64,000 nt of DNA from positions 184,328,001 through 184,392,000 of the forward strand of contig NC_058368.1 in assembly GCF_018350175.1 (NCBI RefSeq), in the 5' to 3' direction. Under the pieces are notes generated by a model. That model searched no databases and had not been told where the DNA came from. It saw only the letters and a program-made list of their open reading frames with translations. How positions within the stretch are numbered: the first letter of the stretch is position 1; each line of letters begins with the position of its first letter. Below, in pieces: positions 25,946 through 38,060 of the stretch. This stretch comes from Felis catus (taxonomy: Eukaryota). The position numbers and the translations under genes were made by a program.

Positions 25946-26017
25946 TTTTTTTGAGACAGAGAGGGTGCAAGTGAGGGGGGGGTAGTGTGTGGGAGAGAGA
26001 GAGAGAAAGAAAGAAAG

Positions 26018-26064
<47 letters not shown>

Positions 26065-26280
26065 GAAAAAGAAAGAGAAAAGAAAGAAAGAGAAAAAGAA
26101 AGAAGAAAGAAGAAAGAAGAAAGAAGAAAGAAGAAAGAAGAAAGAAGAAAGAAAAAGAAAGAAAGAAACAGGGTTCATCCTGGGCTCGTGCTCACTTGAT
26201 GTGGGACTCAAACTCATGAACTTTGAGATCATGACCTAAGCTGAAGTCAGATGCTTAATGAATGAGAAACCCAGGCATCC
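25946..26280 (-). mobile_element. CanSINE with a greatly expanded internal purine microsatellite
   Basis: Ends ccaggcatcc; TSD caatttcattttt at 25933-25945 and 26281-26293; G/A-only tract ~25991-26168. Confidence 0.9.
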
Positions 26281-26739
26281 CAATTTCATTTTTGATGCCA
26301 TGGAATTGGTCAGTCTAATTGTGAGGACTTTAAGGTCCTGAGAACCTGGTAACATCATTGATTCTCTTTTCTTTTTAATGCTCACTATTTCAGTGCTTAC
26401 TTTTTGCCACAGAGTGTGCTAGGGGATACTGTGGGTGCTGTTACAGACACAGGTTCTCACTGTGCAGTATACAGTTCAGTGAACAAAATAGATAAAGATA
26501 ACAACAATGAAAGATAATACAGGAAAATGGTGCTGTGTCTCTCACGGCACAGTCATCCAACTTGGTGGAAGATGAGGTTTAAAAAAGGGGAGAGAGAGAG
26601 TAAGGGAAGGGTAGGGAGGCAAAAATGTTTCCTGGAGAATAAGTAGGAATTAATAAGAATATTCATAAGAAACACGTTTCTATTTCTGGGAAACTGAATA
26701 GAGGAAGAGTCAAACAAAGGTGAAGAGTAGACCAATGGC

Positions 26740-26930
26740 TCAGACTGCAGAGTTAGATCTGGCTTGGAATCTTGGCTTCATACTAGCTAAATAATCCTAG
26801 GAAATTTATTTAACCTTGTTGAGCTTCCGTTGTCTTATCCACAAAATGGGATTATTGTTGCACCCTTGCAGGGTTGTTGGTGAAGGTACATGAAATAGTG
26901 TCCATAAAGTGCCTGGTATAACACTCACCA
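26740..26930 (+). mobile_element. MIR
   Basis: ggcttggaatcttggct...gtcttatccacaaaatgggatta...ttgcagggttgtt. Confidence 0.75.
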
Positions 26931-29900
26931 CATAGATATCATGCAGAAAACTGTATCAAAGTTTAACAAAAAGAGTGGGATACAAGTGTTTTATTTTCAA
27001 TGACCAATAAGATACTTCATGAGGTAGCCTCTTTAATTCCCTGACTTCATCTTGCACCATACTCCCCTGAGTCCACTATACCCTAAACTTTATGTTCTTT
27101 CCATTTTGAATAATCACCCTGGACTCAAGGCTATTGTATTTGTTCATTTCCCCAGGAAGATCTGTTCCTCAAAGCATTGCATGTTTACTTCCTTCCATCA
27201 TTCAGGTAATGTATGTCCTTGGGGAGGCCTTCATGATCAACATTTTATCCCATGGGCCTCTGCTCCACCCAATAATTCTTTATTAGGTTATATTTAGAGT
27301 CTTTCTAACAATTATTTCTACTTATAATTATCTTTATTATCGATAACTTACTTTTTAATTATATGGTTTCTCCACATGATTGTGAAATGCCTAAAACCAT
27401 GATCTCTCTTATTCCTCAAAGAATGCCAGACCAATAGTAGTCCCTCAATACTTGCTTGAAGGATGGATAAACATGTATTTTGGTTTATGTGTGTCTAAGG
27501 AGGGTAAAGTAAAACAAAGTAAAGAAAAGGAAACATTTTAAAAGAACATATAAAATTGCATTTCTGTGGAGAATGGTGACTGACATTTGCGGGCTGTCCC
27601 AGACTGGAGGGATGCCACAGAAAGGGAACAGGGTGACCGTGGCGTTAGCTGCGGGGCTCGCACTGGAGACAAATATACCCCATGCTGCAGTGAAATCATA
27701 AGTTGCCTCGGTCTTTTCTTTGATGCTCTTTATTCTTTCCCTCAGGTCTCCTGAATGTGTGACCTAGGGATTATCTCTCTTCCTTTCACTTCTGGTCTTT
27801 TGGGTTTAATTCTGGGTATGTGGCTGGATGTCTCTCAGTCAAGAAAAATTGTCTTCCTTTTCCAGAAAAACAGGATTTCAGAAGTCACAAAAAACAAATG
27901 CATTGCACATGCAAATCATTCCTCCAAAAAACAAAACATTTCTAAAAATTACCCAGCTTGCATAAAAATAAATGTTAAATTCATTAGATTGACTATTTTT
28001 ACTTTTCTGGTCTTTTTGTTGGAGCTATTTGGCAACTGAAAATTCATCAGTGTATAAATGAATTCATGTGCTTGTGTAAGAAGCTTCTAATTAGCACATA
28101 CTACGAATTGTGTGAGTTTTCTCTATAATGTTCTCTGGCTCAGGTTTTAAAACAAGGTCTGTCCTCTGAAATATGTAGACAGCTGCTATGCACTTTAAAA
28201 AAATAAATAAAATTAAATTAAAGGAAATAAGTTGTTAACTTGAGACTCTGGTGTGGAACTTGACTGTATCTGTACAACAGATGTTTCAGGTCTGGGACAT
28301 TTTGCACGGAGTCATTAGAGACTTCATATCCAAAGGCTCCCAGGAGTTGTCTGTTTTGTTAATAGATCTCTTTGCAATTGTAGAAGCAGAGAGGCCGGGG
28401 ACAGCTAATAGGTATGCAGTATTGCTTTTCCACCTGAAAACTGGTTCTGTTTGCCCCAGGTAACCTTGGAGTTATCACCACACTTCCCCAGGCCTCAGTT
28501 TCCCTATCCTTAATTGAAGAGGATATGAATCCTCCCCTGTTTCACAGGGATGTGTCAGAGGACCCAAACTAATGATGTAAATCAGTTGTATGCTTTCTGA
28601 AACCCTATTTTTTAAACCTTATTGCTTTCTTTTTCTTTAAAATCCTCATGAATTCAGGCTGCAGCAATTTGGGGGATTACAGTCACGTAACATAATAATC
28701 TCACAACTGTTTAATGGCACTGCTATTGTTCATCATTTGTGTTCAAACATTCAACAAATTTAGGATTATGCAATTTCATAATAGCTTCAGAAAAAAAAGA
28801 AAAGATAAAGAGAGAATTTTGCTCTCTTATGCTCACTGGACACTCTTTTCTTCATTAGCCTGGACACTTGGAGAACAGAGGGAATGAACATGAGACCCTA
28901 AATAGTGTGCCTTGTACAACAGCTAACAAGGCACCTTTCTTCCTGTTCTGTTGATTTACAAAGTGATCGATGATAAGCAACATCACTAAGCTCCATGCCT
29001 AGCAAAATACCACTCTTCAGCTATTAAGAGGATATTGTTTTAATATTGACAAGGAAATCAAAATGTTTCCCTGAGTGGTGGTTGCATGTTTTCTTCCTAG
29101 CGGAATATGGTTTCCTAGTGTCCTTGGGAGGAGAACATTTCCCCTCACACACCCTCACCCCATTGGAAAATATTTCCATCCTCTTTGCTTCCTCAAAGGA
29201 AGAGACTTCCTATTCACTTAGTTTAGTTCCCTTGAGACCTGAAGTCATTTCACCTATAGAAGACAGATGACTTCAACCCTCAGTGTTGAGCCTGAATTGC
29301 AATACAAACTAAATTAGATAAAATAAATCAATAATACCCTTGCAGGCCAAATTCACTTAAGTAACATTTACAGTACAATTGCCCACTTTGTCCATATACT
29401 TTAATCCATTAACACTCTACATCTGGTACCTGAATAAATATGTTACCCCAACTGAATATAAATGAAGTAGGATCCCATCATTATTTAGTGTTGAGAGGAA
29501 TGTTAGTAAATTTTTATTTCTTTTTAAAAAATGATTTTGAAATGAAGCAAAAGCTGCTAGCCCTAAGATTTTGAGTAGCTACAGCAGTACCTTCAAAGTT
29601 CATTGATGGCTTACAAGTTTATGTTGAGTTTATGGATCACTGCATTCATATGTTACATTATGATCCTCCAAATACAAAATACAGCCTAATATATCTGTAT
29701 TTGGATTCCCACTCCGACAACAGACCTTAGAAAAGGAACAATAGACACACATGCTAAACTTTGGCTGAGAAAAATTCAAAGTGGGTTTTGTGCTTACAAA
29801 ATTAATAAGACACCTGAAGATAGTTGTGGCAAATGTGGACATAACTGAAAGATCTTGGTCAGTCCAACTTGTTCCAGTTTTATATAAATTACAAGTAAAT

Positions 29901-31183
29901 TAGTCCCAACAATTTCCAAAGTACCGATGGAATATAGTATATTACACTGTGGGTAAAGTCTTCAAGCAGTCATTGATTTCAACTTGGGGAGAGTTATCAA
30001 ACAATTTTTAAAACCATTGTCAGAGCCAGGTAATTGTAAAACTTGCTCTCAATTGGAAAGATGACATTGCAAACCTAGTCCCACAGGTTTAGGAAATAGA
30101 ATGAAAAGCAATCAAGGTGTATGGTGAGGTGGATATATGCAAGACCACGGCAGTGACTAGATTATTAGTGACATAATTCTCACTGAAGGTACTTTTCAGG
30201 GTGCTAGACTACTTTATGTTTTTGGCTTTTTTTTTTACCTCACACACTGCCAAGGCAGACTCACGGGTATGTTTTATATTACAGCACAGGGGCACAGGGA
30301 CATGGGTAAAAGCTTTATCATTAGGAAGCTAGATTCAAATTCTGGCACTGCTACTTTCTGAATGACCATGGGAATGTCATGAAACCTTATTTAAACTCAT
30401 TTGTCAAAGACCTAAAGCCTAATTCTTAAAGGTTGATAGTGAGAATTAAGTAAGAGTGATAGGAATGAAGAAAACACAAAGGGAAGGAGAAAGAATGAGT
30501 GACAATTTAAGTAGGAATCAGGTCTGCCTGCCATTACCCTCAAGGCCGGTAGGCATGGAATTGTAGTGAGACGAGAAATGGGAGATTTGACTCTCTTGTT
30601 TCCTCAGGTGGTCCTAATATATAAGCCCCTTATCCTCTTGGCCTAGCTAACCATGCTGATTATGATCCTAATATTTGAGGATATGTAGTTTTGCTCCTGA
30701 TGAGCAGTCAACAGGATACCAGTATTTTGTCTGGTGCTCAGCTCACCAAAAACAAGCCACCTTTTCCATCATTAAGAGAAAAACTATGTTATACTTGAAA
30801 TAGCAGAGACCAAAATACCACTTTCTTCGGAGAGTTTTGGTGGTTAATTGACTGCACCTAATTTTCATCGTAAGTGATGACTTTAAAATGTTACTCAGAA
30901 TAACATAGAACCCACCTTTCTGGGCCAGACCAAACTCTAGAATGTACTCTAGAATGTTCATGGATCAGAGCATACAAACTGGTACACATTGGGGATTAAA
31001 GTTACTCAGGGAACATCAAGAGGGCATATTACAGTCTTGGGAAATGACCCCTCCATTTACCTGGGTTCTAGAGTTCTCTCATACTGAAAATTGAGTTGTT
31101 AATTCAGTAGAGAAAACCCATAATTCAGAGATAACTCACAGTACTTATCCAGCAAATTGTGTTGATAAAAAGGGAAAATTAAC

Positions 31184-31187
<4 letters not shown>

Positions 31188-31215
<28 letters not shown>
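31188..31215. repeat. (GA)n microsatellite
   Basis: Seen directly. Confidence 0.95.
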
Positions 31216-31219
<4 letters not shown>

Positions 31220-32258
31220 ATTTGTGCTACAGCCTAAATCACATGAAAAACAATTTGCAAAATGAGCATTTTAATAGACAAAGCAGAATGTTTTTACTGG
31301 TTAAAAAAATGCGGCAAAATGTTGGCAACAATAGTTTGCATCCAAATAGTCAAACCTAATTGTTTGTGAATGCAACATAATTGAGTCTTCATTGTAAGAG
31401 CTTTAAGAAAAGCAAGTAATATAACATGGGTTTTATGACATTAAAAACAAATAATTTGTGCAGAGTTATTATGTTTGAAGAAACACACACCCACAAACCC
31501 ATTAGAATTCATTAGAGACAGACATAAATTGTTAAGTGTTTTGTTTTGTATCTTCTTTGAACTTCACCAAAGATGAAACTCATTTCTCTGAAACCTTTTC
31601 TACTCTATATCCTTAGAAATAAACTTTCAAGGTATGCATGAAAATCAAGCCACACTTAAAGTAAACACGGCACTCATAATTACTAGCAGCTGTTAATTCT
31701 ATTAAGCAACTATCAGGAGCATTTACAGTACTATCAAAACCTCTACAATGGAAATTGATGCCCAACAAACACTGAAAATTTTGACTTCATTGACATATGT
31801 GCCAAGTTATCCTATTAACGAAGATATCTCTTCAGCCAAGAAACAAAAGGAGGGACTCAAAATAACACGGACAAGAGCAAATAGAGTAAGACATCAAAAA
31901 ATAAAATAAAATCAACAAATTTAAGGGACTTTCAGGAACTTTAAAGTGATTTCCAACTACTGCTGTTGCTGAGCCCGATTGCACACATAACACTGAAGGG
32001 AGAAAGAATTAAGCAGACAAGCAAGTTATGGATCACACACTCCGGTGTAATCAAACTCCAGCAGTTACCGCAAGAACAAAATGTCAACTCTAACTAACTA
32101 CCTTATTGAATTCCCCAAATCTATGACCCACAAGATAGCCATATTAATTTGGTCATGGCCAGAGCCCAAGGGAAATCAGGGAATAAAGAATATCTGACAG
32201 AGACAAAATGAAATGCAAGGTACTCTAGCTTCTAAAGTAGGTACAGAATCATTTGACC

Positions 32259-32370
32259 ATAATGACCAACTTGTCCAGGTTTGCCTGGGACTTACCTCAT
32301 GTTAGCTCTGAAAGTCCTGCATCCCAGAAAACCTCGCAGTCCCACAAAAACTGGGCAAGTTGATGACCCT
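32259..32370. mobile_element. MER81-like hAT-Blackjack MITE
   Basis: Imperfect terminal inverted repeats tgaccaacttgtccaggtttg ... aaactgggcaagttgatgaccct around the core tagctctgaaagtcctgcatccc. Confidence 0.8.
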
Positions 32371-32444
32371 CGCATTTAATTTGAGCGTCTCATTACTGCT
32401 GACTTACTCACCTGAACTTACATTTGACTAAACTATATACAGAG

Positions 32445-32620
32445 CAGTTTTGTCAGACTTTACATAAGAATCACCTGGAAAGCTATTAAAACACAGGGTG
32501 TCCTGGGCCCCACCTTCTAGGTTCCATAAATTAAAGTGGGGCCAGTGAATTTGCGGTTCTATGAAGCTCACAGGTGATATCAGTGCTGTTGGTTCAACTA
32601 TCACATTTTGAATAACACTG
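32445..32620. mobile_element. MER5A-like hAT-Charlie MITE
   Basis: agaatcacctggaaagctattaaaacacag...ctgggccccacc...caggtgat...tttgaataacactg. Confidence 0.85.
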
Positions 32621-33026
32621 ATTCTAACTCCATATACCCCTTTCATTTACCAATACTACTTCCCATGTCCTTGAGTTTAGTTTTCAAGGGTATATGTATG
32701 AGCGGACTGCATAGGTCTTTTAGAAATAGAAATGTCTTATCTCGGCATAAATGATACTAATATAATTAATGGAAAACATATCCAATAAACTGGTTACTAA
32801 TACATTAACAGATGTGATTATTTTATTTACATGAATTCAACTGATTATTCCACTTGTAAAGTTTTGCTGAAATGCTGATTCACTTTGGGAAATTAATAGA
32901 AATAATAGCAAAACAGAGATAAGCCTTGATCATAACCAGTGTGTTGATACAGCTACAAAACCATAACAAACACAAACTATTTGAAGAAGTTAGTAAGGTC
33001 AGTCTCAACTACATTATATTAGTAGG

Positions 33027-33724
33027 TCTGTGATTTCCCAACACCAACTTGGTGTCCAAGTATTAAATTCCGACACTGTCAGGAGTTAAAGCATACTCCG
33101 GAGGTTAAGGGCTCAGTCCTAAAAGACTGCCTCCACTTCAGATGCCAGTCTCAGAAGTCCCAGGGGTCACCTGTGCTTCTGACCTACCAGTGACAAATCT
33201 GGCATGACCCCTTCCTCAATTTCTATAGTTGTTAGAATGACTCACAGGATCCAGGAAAACACCTGATGTACATTTACTGGTTTACTATAAACGATATAAC
33301 GCAGGAACAGCCAAATGGAAGGGAGAGATAGGACAAGGTATGAGGAGAGGGGCATGCAGAGCTTCCATTTCCTTTCCAGGCATACCACCTGCCCAGTACC
33401 TTGAAGGATTCGTCAACCCAGAATCTCCCTAGACTTTATCATTTAGGGGGTTTTACTGAAGTTTTGTTACATAAACATGACATTAAACAGGCCACCTGTG
33501 ATACTCCAGGAGTACAGGGCTACTAAAAGTTGTAACCCAAGTTCTAATCATTTGGTTGACTTTTCTGATGACAAGCACCCCTATTCCCTGAGGCTTTCTA
33601 GACAGCCTCCCACCCTGACATAGTCATGTCATTTGCATACAAAAGAGAATGAATTCCAAGCCTCTTAGGAGTTGTTTATCAGGAACCTGGAACAAAGACC
33701 GTATATTTATTTTTTTATGCTACA
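33027..33724 (-). mobile_element. MER21-like (ERVL) solo LTR
   Basis: ggttaagggctcagtcc...aagactgcctccacttcagatgccag; ends caggaacctggaacaaagacc...ctaca; 5-bp TSD GTAGG at 33022-33026 and 33725-33729. Confidence 0.88.
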
Positions 33725-34404
33725 GTAGGACTTTATTTTGCATTTGTCTCCCCCAAAGATAAGATACAAGTCATGGGGGACACAGTTCTCTTTCATCAGG
33801 GATGCAATTTCAAAAGTTACAGCTCAGTCTCTAGCACTTATAAACATAGTTTGAACCAAAGACCATCAGCATCCACACCAAAGACACAAGGTTATTAGGT
33901 TACTGTGCTTCATCGACTCTAATCACTATGGTAAAAAAAAAAAAAAAAAAAAAAAAGTCAATGAATAGGTTTTACAGAGATTATTCTACAGGCAAAGCCA
34001 AAGCTGAAAGAAATTCTCAGGATAAATCCATTTAACTAGAATGTCATACTTCATGAGCATTTCAATTTATTGAATGTTGAATGTGCTATTTGTTTAAAGA
34101 TAATCTTTACAAATTCAACATCTTTTTATAAATGTTAACATTCATAAAGAGCCTCCGAGTTATTCAGCTGACATTTCTCATATAATAAATTAGAAAACGG
34201 GTGCATATGCACTCACACTCACACACGCTGTCCAGTCTTCACAGTTGCATATGGGAATAAGTGCCTGATCTTTCCTCTTAAGCTGAAAATATTACCCAGT
34301 CCCTTGCCATAGTTGTGTTTTTCCTTTAATCCACATTAATATAGTGATGAATTTCCACAGTCTTCTCCAAATTAATGATAGCAACAACAATAATCAGCAA
34401 AAAT

Positions 34405-34880
34405 TAGGTATTATTGAGTGTTACCTATGTTACTGTCCCTCAACTATATAATTTACTTTAATTATTATTTTTAATCCTCTCCAGGGCCAAGACTAAAGTG
34501 AGGGAAATGAAGCTCTCACCTTGGGTGCAAAATGTAAAGGGCTAGCAAATACTTAGCAATCAAGATAAATAAGAGTTTAATGCACTATTTTTTGAAAGTG
34601 AATAATAATGAAATAGCCATTATAAACAGAATATATAAATTTTAAATAAAATATAGATCAGTATTACTGATTCTTCCTTTTGCCTCAGGTTCTGATATGA
34701 CTTACCACAGTACTGTCACTTATTTCTCATAACAACCCTACAAGGTACAAAATAGTATTACTTTGATTTAATGAACAGAAACTCAGAGAAGTTAAATCAC
34801 TTGCCCAAGATCACATAGTTGGTTAATGGTGGAGCCAGTGTATCTCACTTAAGAGCTCTTAGATTATGATGTTACAGCAC
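34405..34880 (-). mobile_element. MIR split by a hAT MITE
   Basis: tattgagtgttacctatg...tttaatcctc, resuming ctcataacaaccctacaaggta...gaaactcagagaagttaaatcacttgcccaagatcacatag. Confidence 0.75.
34482..34715. mobile_element. MER96B-like hAT MITE
   Basis: Starts cagggccaagacta, ends cacagtactg; core gggtgcaaaat...aatcaagataaataa...gatcagtattactgatt...ttttgcctcagg. Confidence 0.75.
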
Positions 34881-34911
34881 CTATCAATATTTATTGAGTA
34901 TTACGTATGTT

Positions 34912-35485
34912 TGTGATGTTGGGGAATATAGTGTTCAACCTCAGGCCATTGGCTCCTTAGAAGGGCTCATGATACACATTGAAAGCTTTCATACTTATGG
35001 TTATGTTTTATGATAGTAAGAGGATACAGCTTAGAGTCAACCAAGAAAAGAGATGTATGGTGCAGATTCCAAAAGTTTCTATCCAAATGTGGAACTTCCA
35101 ATTAACCTCTCCCAGTAGAGTCACAGACAGAATTACCTCTCCCAGCAATGATGTCTGACAATATGCACAGAATATTAGTCAACTGGGGAAGCTCACCAGG
35201 CCTCGATATTCACAGTTTTTATTGGAACTCAATCATGTAGACATGGTTGACTGCCTGTGTGCCTAACCTTTAGTTTTCAGACCCTCCAGAAGTAGAGGAA
35301 ATAACATGTGACACAAAGCCTTTACCATTAACCACATTGTTAGACTGACAAGTATGGCCCAAGGTCCCAAGGTAAACAAAGACACTCTTAACAGGCAGGA
35401 CAATGCAACAGCCTAGAGATTGCTTCCCAGAAGCCAAGGGCAAAGGCCAGACCTCTCTGGGTTATGTTACTTACTTACTCTACCA
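34912..35485 (-). mobile_element. MER77-like (ERVL) solo LTR
   Basis: TG...CA ends; ggtaaacaaagacactctt...caggcaggaca...cccagaagccaagggcaaaggccagacctctc. Confidence 0.82.
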
Positions 35486-35545
35486 TGTGTCAGTACCATG
35501 AGCAAGAGAGAAACAGGGCTGTGAATAAGGATATAGACACTTCTT

Positions 35546-35744
35546 GGGGCACATGGGTGGTTCATTCAGTTAAGTGTCTGACTTCAGCTCAGGTCATGAT
35601 CTCACTGCTCAAGAGTTTGAACTCCGTGTCAGGCTCTGTGCTGACAGCTCAGAGCCAGGAGCCTGCTTTGGATACTGTGTCTCCCTCTCTCTCTGCCTCT
35701 CTCTCTTTCTCTCTCTCTCAAAAATCAATAAACATTTTTAAAAA
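35546..35744 (+). mobile_element. CanSINE with a long TSD
   Basis: Full body; flanked by gtgaa[t/a]aaggatatagacacttctt at 35521-35545 and 35745-35769. Confidence 0.96.
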
Positions 35745-36179
35745 GTGAAAAAGGATATAGACACTTCTTTTTTGGAAAAGAAGATGTAAGCTTAAGTAAA
35801 TAAGGTTACATGATCCCATATTTACGAATCAGCCACTCTGTCTATATCTTTAGTAAAATGAATACATATGTAAAGGAAACATGAGCTAACAAGTGACTTT
35901 CCTTTTTGGTTTCAAGACCACCAACAGGAAAAAGGGCACTTAGTCTTTAGGTGCAGCCTGATTTACTTCCTAAATCCACCTCTCTACTTGGGTGAAAGAA
36001 GATGACTTCCTATAAAGATAATCAGTATTGAAGTCAAGAGATTAAAGAAGATGCATACACATCCATATAGTGTTTATAAATAATATCCATCAGAGACGAT
36101 AGCTGTTCCACAGATCCTCAATATATTTCCTTAGCACCTGTAGATCATTACCCCTATTGTCTCAGTTTGATAATGAGAA

Positions 36180-36680
36180 GAGTGTTTAAGAAGTGGGAAG
36201 TACACATCCTCCATGTGAGATGTTTTAGGTGTTTTTTTAATGTTTATTTATTTTATTGTTTAAAATTTATTTATTTTTGAAAGAGAGAGAGGCAGCACAA
36301 GCAGGGGAGGGGGAGGGAGAGGGGGGACAGAGAATCCAAAGCAGGCTCTGAGCTGACAATAGACAGCCCAATGGGGAGTTTGAACTTACAAACCGTGAGA
36401 TCATGACCTGAGCTTAGGTCAAATGCTCAATCAACTGAGCCACCCAGGCACCTCCTTAGGTGTTCTATAAACAAACAGGCTTTAATTTTAATAACTATGA
36501 TTTTATTTAATGTGTATTAGAAAATTTTGCTGTGCAATTAGAAACATACTAAAAGTATTTATGCTTTCAAAAATTTATCAATTTCGAGAAAAACATTAAG
36601 TAACTTAAAAGTGAACAGAAGCTATACTTGGCTATCACAAAAGGAAGGAAAGGAAATAACTGAAGTTTAGGAAACTATAG
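36180..36680. mobile_element. MER113-like hAT-Charlie relic interrupted by a SINE
   Basis: aaaaacattaagtaa...ttggcta...aactgaagtttaggaaac end motif; gtgagatgttttaggtg near the left end. Confidence 0.5.
36234..36455 (-). mobile_element. CanSINE
   Basis: Antisense body; TSD ttaggtgtt at 36225-36233 and 36456-36464. Confidence 0.95.
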
Positions 36681-36819
36681 ATGAGTAGGATGTAGACTTT
36701 ATCCCATCATCTTAAATAAAAGGATTTTAATTCTAAAGCTGTTAGATAATCAGTTTCTGAAATGGAAATCTAACCATGTTCAATTCAGGTTTTTATTTAT
36801 TTAAATTTTTCTAAATTGA

Positions 36820-36980
36820 GGGGCACCTGGGTGGTTCAGTCGGTTAAGCACCTGACTTCAGTTCAGGTCATGATATCACAGTTTGTGAGTTCAACTCCCA
36901 CATCAGGCTCTGTGCTGACAGCTTAGAGTCTGGAGCCTGCTTTAGATTCTGTGTCTCCCTCTATCTCTCTGCCTCTCTCC

Positions 36981-37050
<70 letters not shown>

Positions 37051-37088
37051 TCTTTCTCTCAAAAAAAAATAATTTAAAATAATTTAAT
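36820..37088 (+). mobile_element. CanSINE with expanded (CT)n
   Basis: ggggcacctgggtggttcagtcgg head; TSD ttctaaattga(gg). Confidence 0.96.
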
Positions 37089-37854
37089 GTTCTAAATTGA
37101 GGAATTGCCTTAAACTGCCGCCTTCTGCTAGAGATCAATTTCGAAGGGGGAGGGGAAGAATAAATCTTTCTAATTGGTCATTCTGAAATATTTTTAGTCC
37201 TGAATCAACTAGCTGATAAAAATTTTCTTTTTTATCACAGTTCCCTCAGTGCTAACCATTATCATCAAATGCTACAACCTATCTTCCCTGTGCCTAATGA
37301 TTGGATCTCTTAACTAGAAAATCAATGGGACAGCTGAGGTGGAGGCAGGTGGGCTTGCTGAGAAGGGTACCTAGTTCCCCAGGGTTCCTCTCCCACCTCA
37401 GTATGACCTTTAGAAAACTGTTCCGCCTCCAGATACCTCACTTTCACCATTTGGTAGGGATGGGATGGTGACCTTCTCAGCACATGGTGGGAGGAATGAG
37501 TCCCTGTCTGCTGGCACCCTGAAACTCTTGAAATGCAAAGAAGGAGGAGGTGAAGGAACAGCAGGGTTTCTGGCTATGTCTGTGATCACACAGTTTGAAC
37601 AGAGCAGGTGGCTAGTTGATGGAATGCAAGGGCCCAGTTCTGAATATGGAGGAAGCTACCGGCTGTACTTGGAACCCCCACACTCCTTTGTTGTAATAGA
37701 TCATGATTAAAATGAATGAGCAAATGTTAAACTGGAGGGTAAAACAATTTCCTAGATTTTTTTTCTTTTTCGTGTTTACTTATTTGTGTAAAATGGACTA
37801 GGAAAAAAAACGTGTTGAAGACTGAATTTTAAGACTCATAAGCTAGAAAGGTGG

Positions 37855-38060
37855 AATAGCACAGTGAGTAATTATAGAAGCTTTGGAATTGTCAGATCTG
37901 GTTGTCAGTGTACTACATCCTGTGTGACACAGAGGAAATAACCTCTCAGTGTCCTCAGCTGTAAAGTTAGTATAGTAATAGTAGCAGCCTCCTGTTTTAT
38001 TTGAGAGAATTAAATGAGATAATGCAGTGAAGCATATAATGCCTGGCACATAATTCTGCC
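37855..38060 (+). mobile_element. MIR
   Basis: ctgtgtgac...aacctctcagtgtcctcagctgtaaag...gaattaaatgagataatgca...gcctggcacata. Confidence 0.8.

Noticed and set aside
25909..26239. Highly charged K/E/R ORFs
   Set aside because: Translation of the purine microsatellite inside a SINE.
34074..34121. Possible pre-miRNA-like hairpin (atgttgaa...ttcaacat)
   Set aside because: AT-rich stem with large bulges and a tiny loop; no recognisable mature miRNA.
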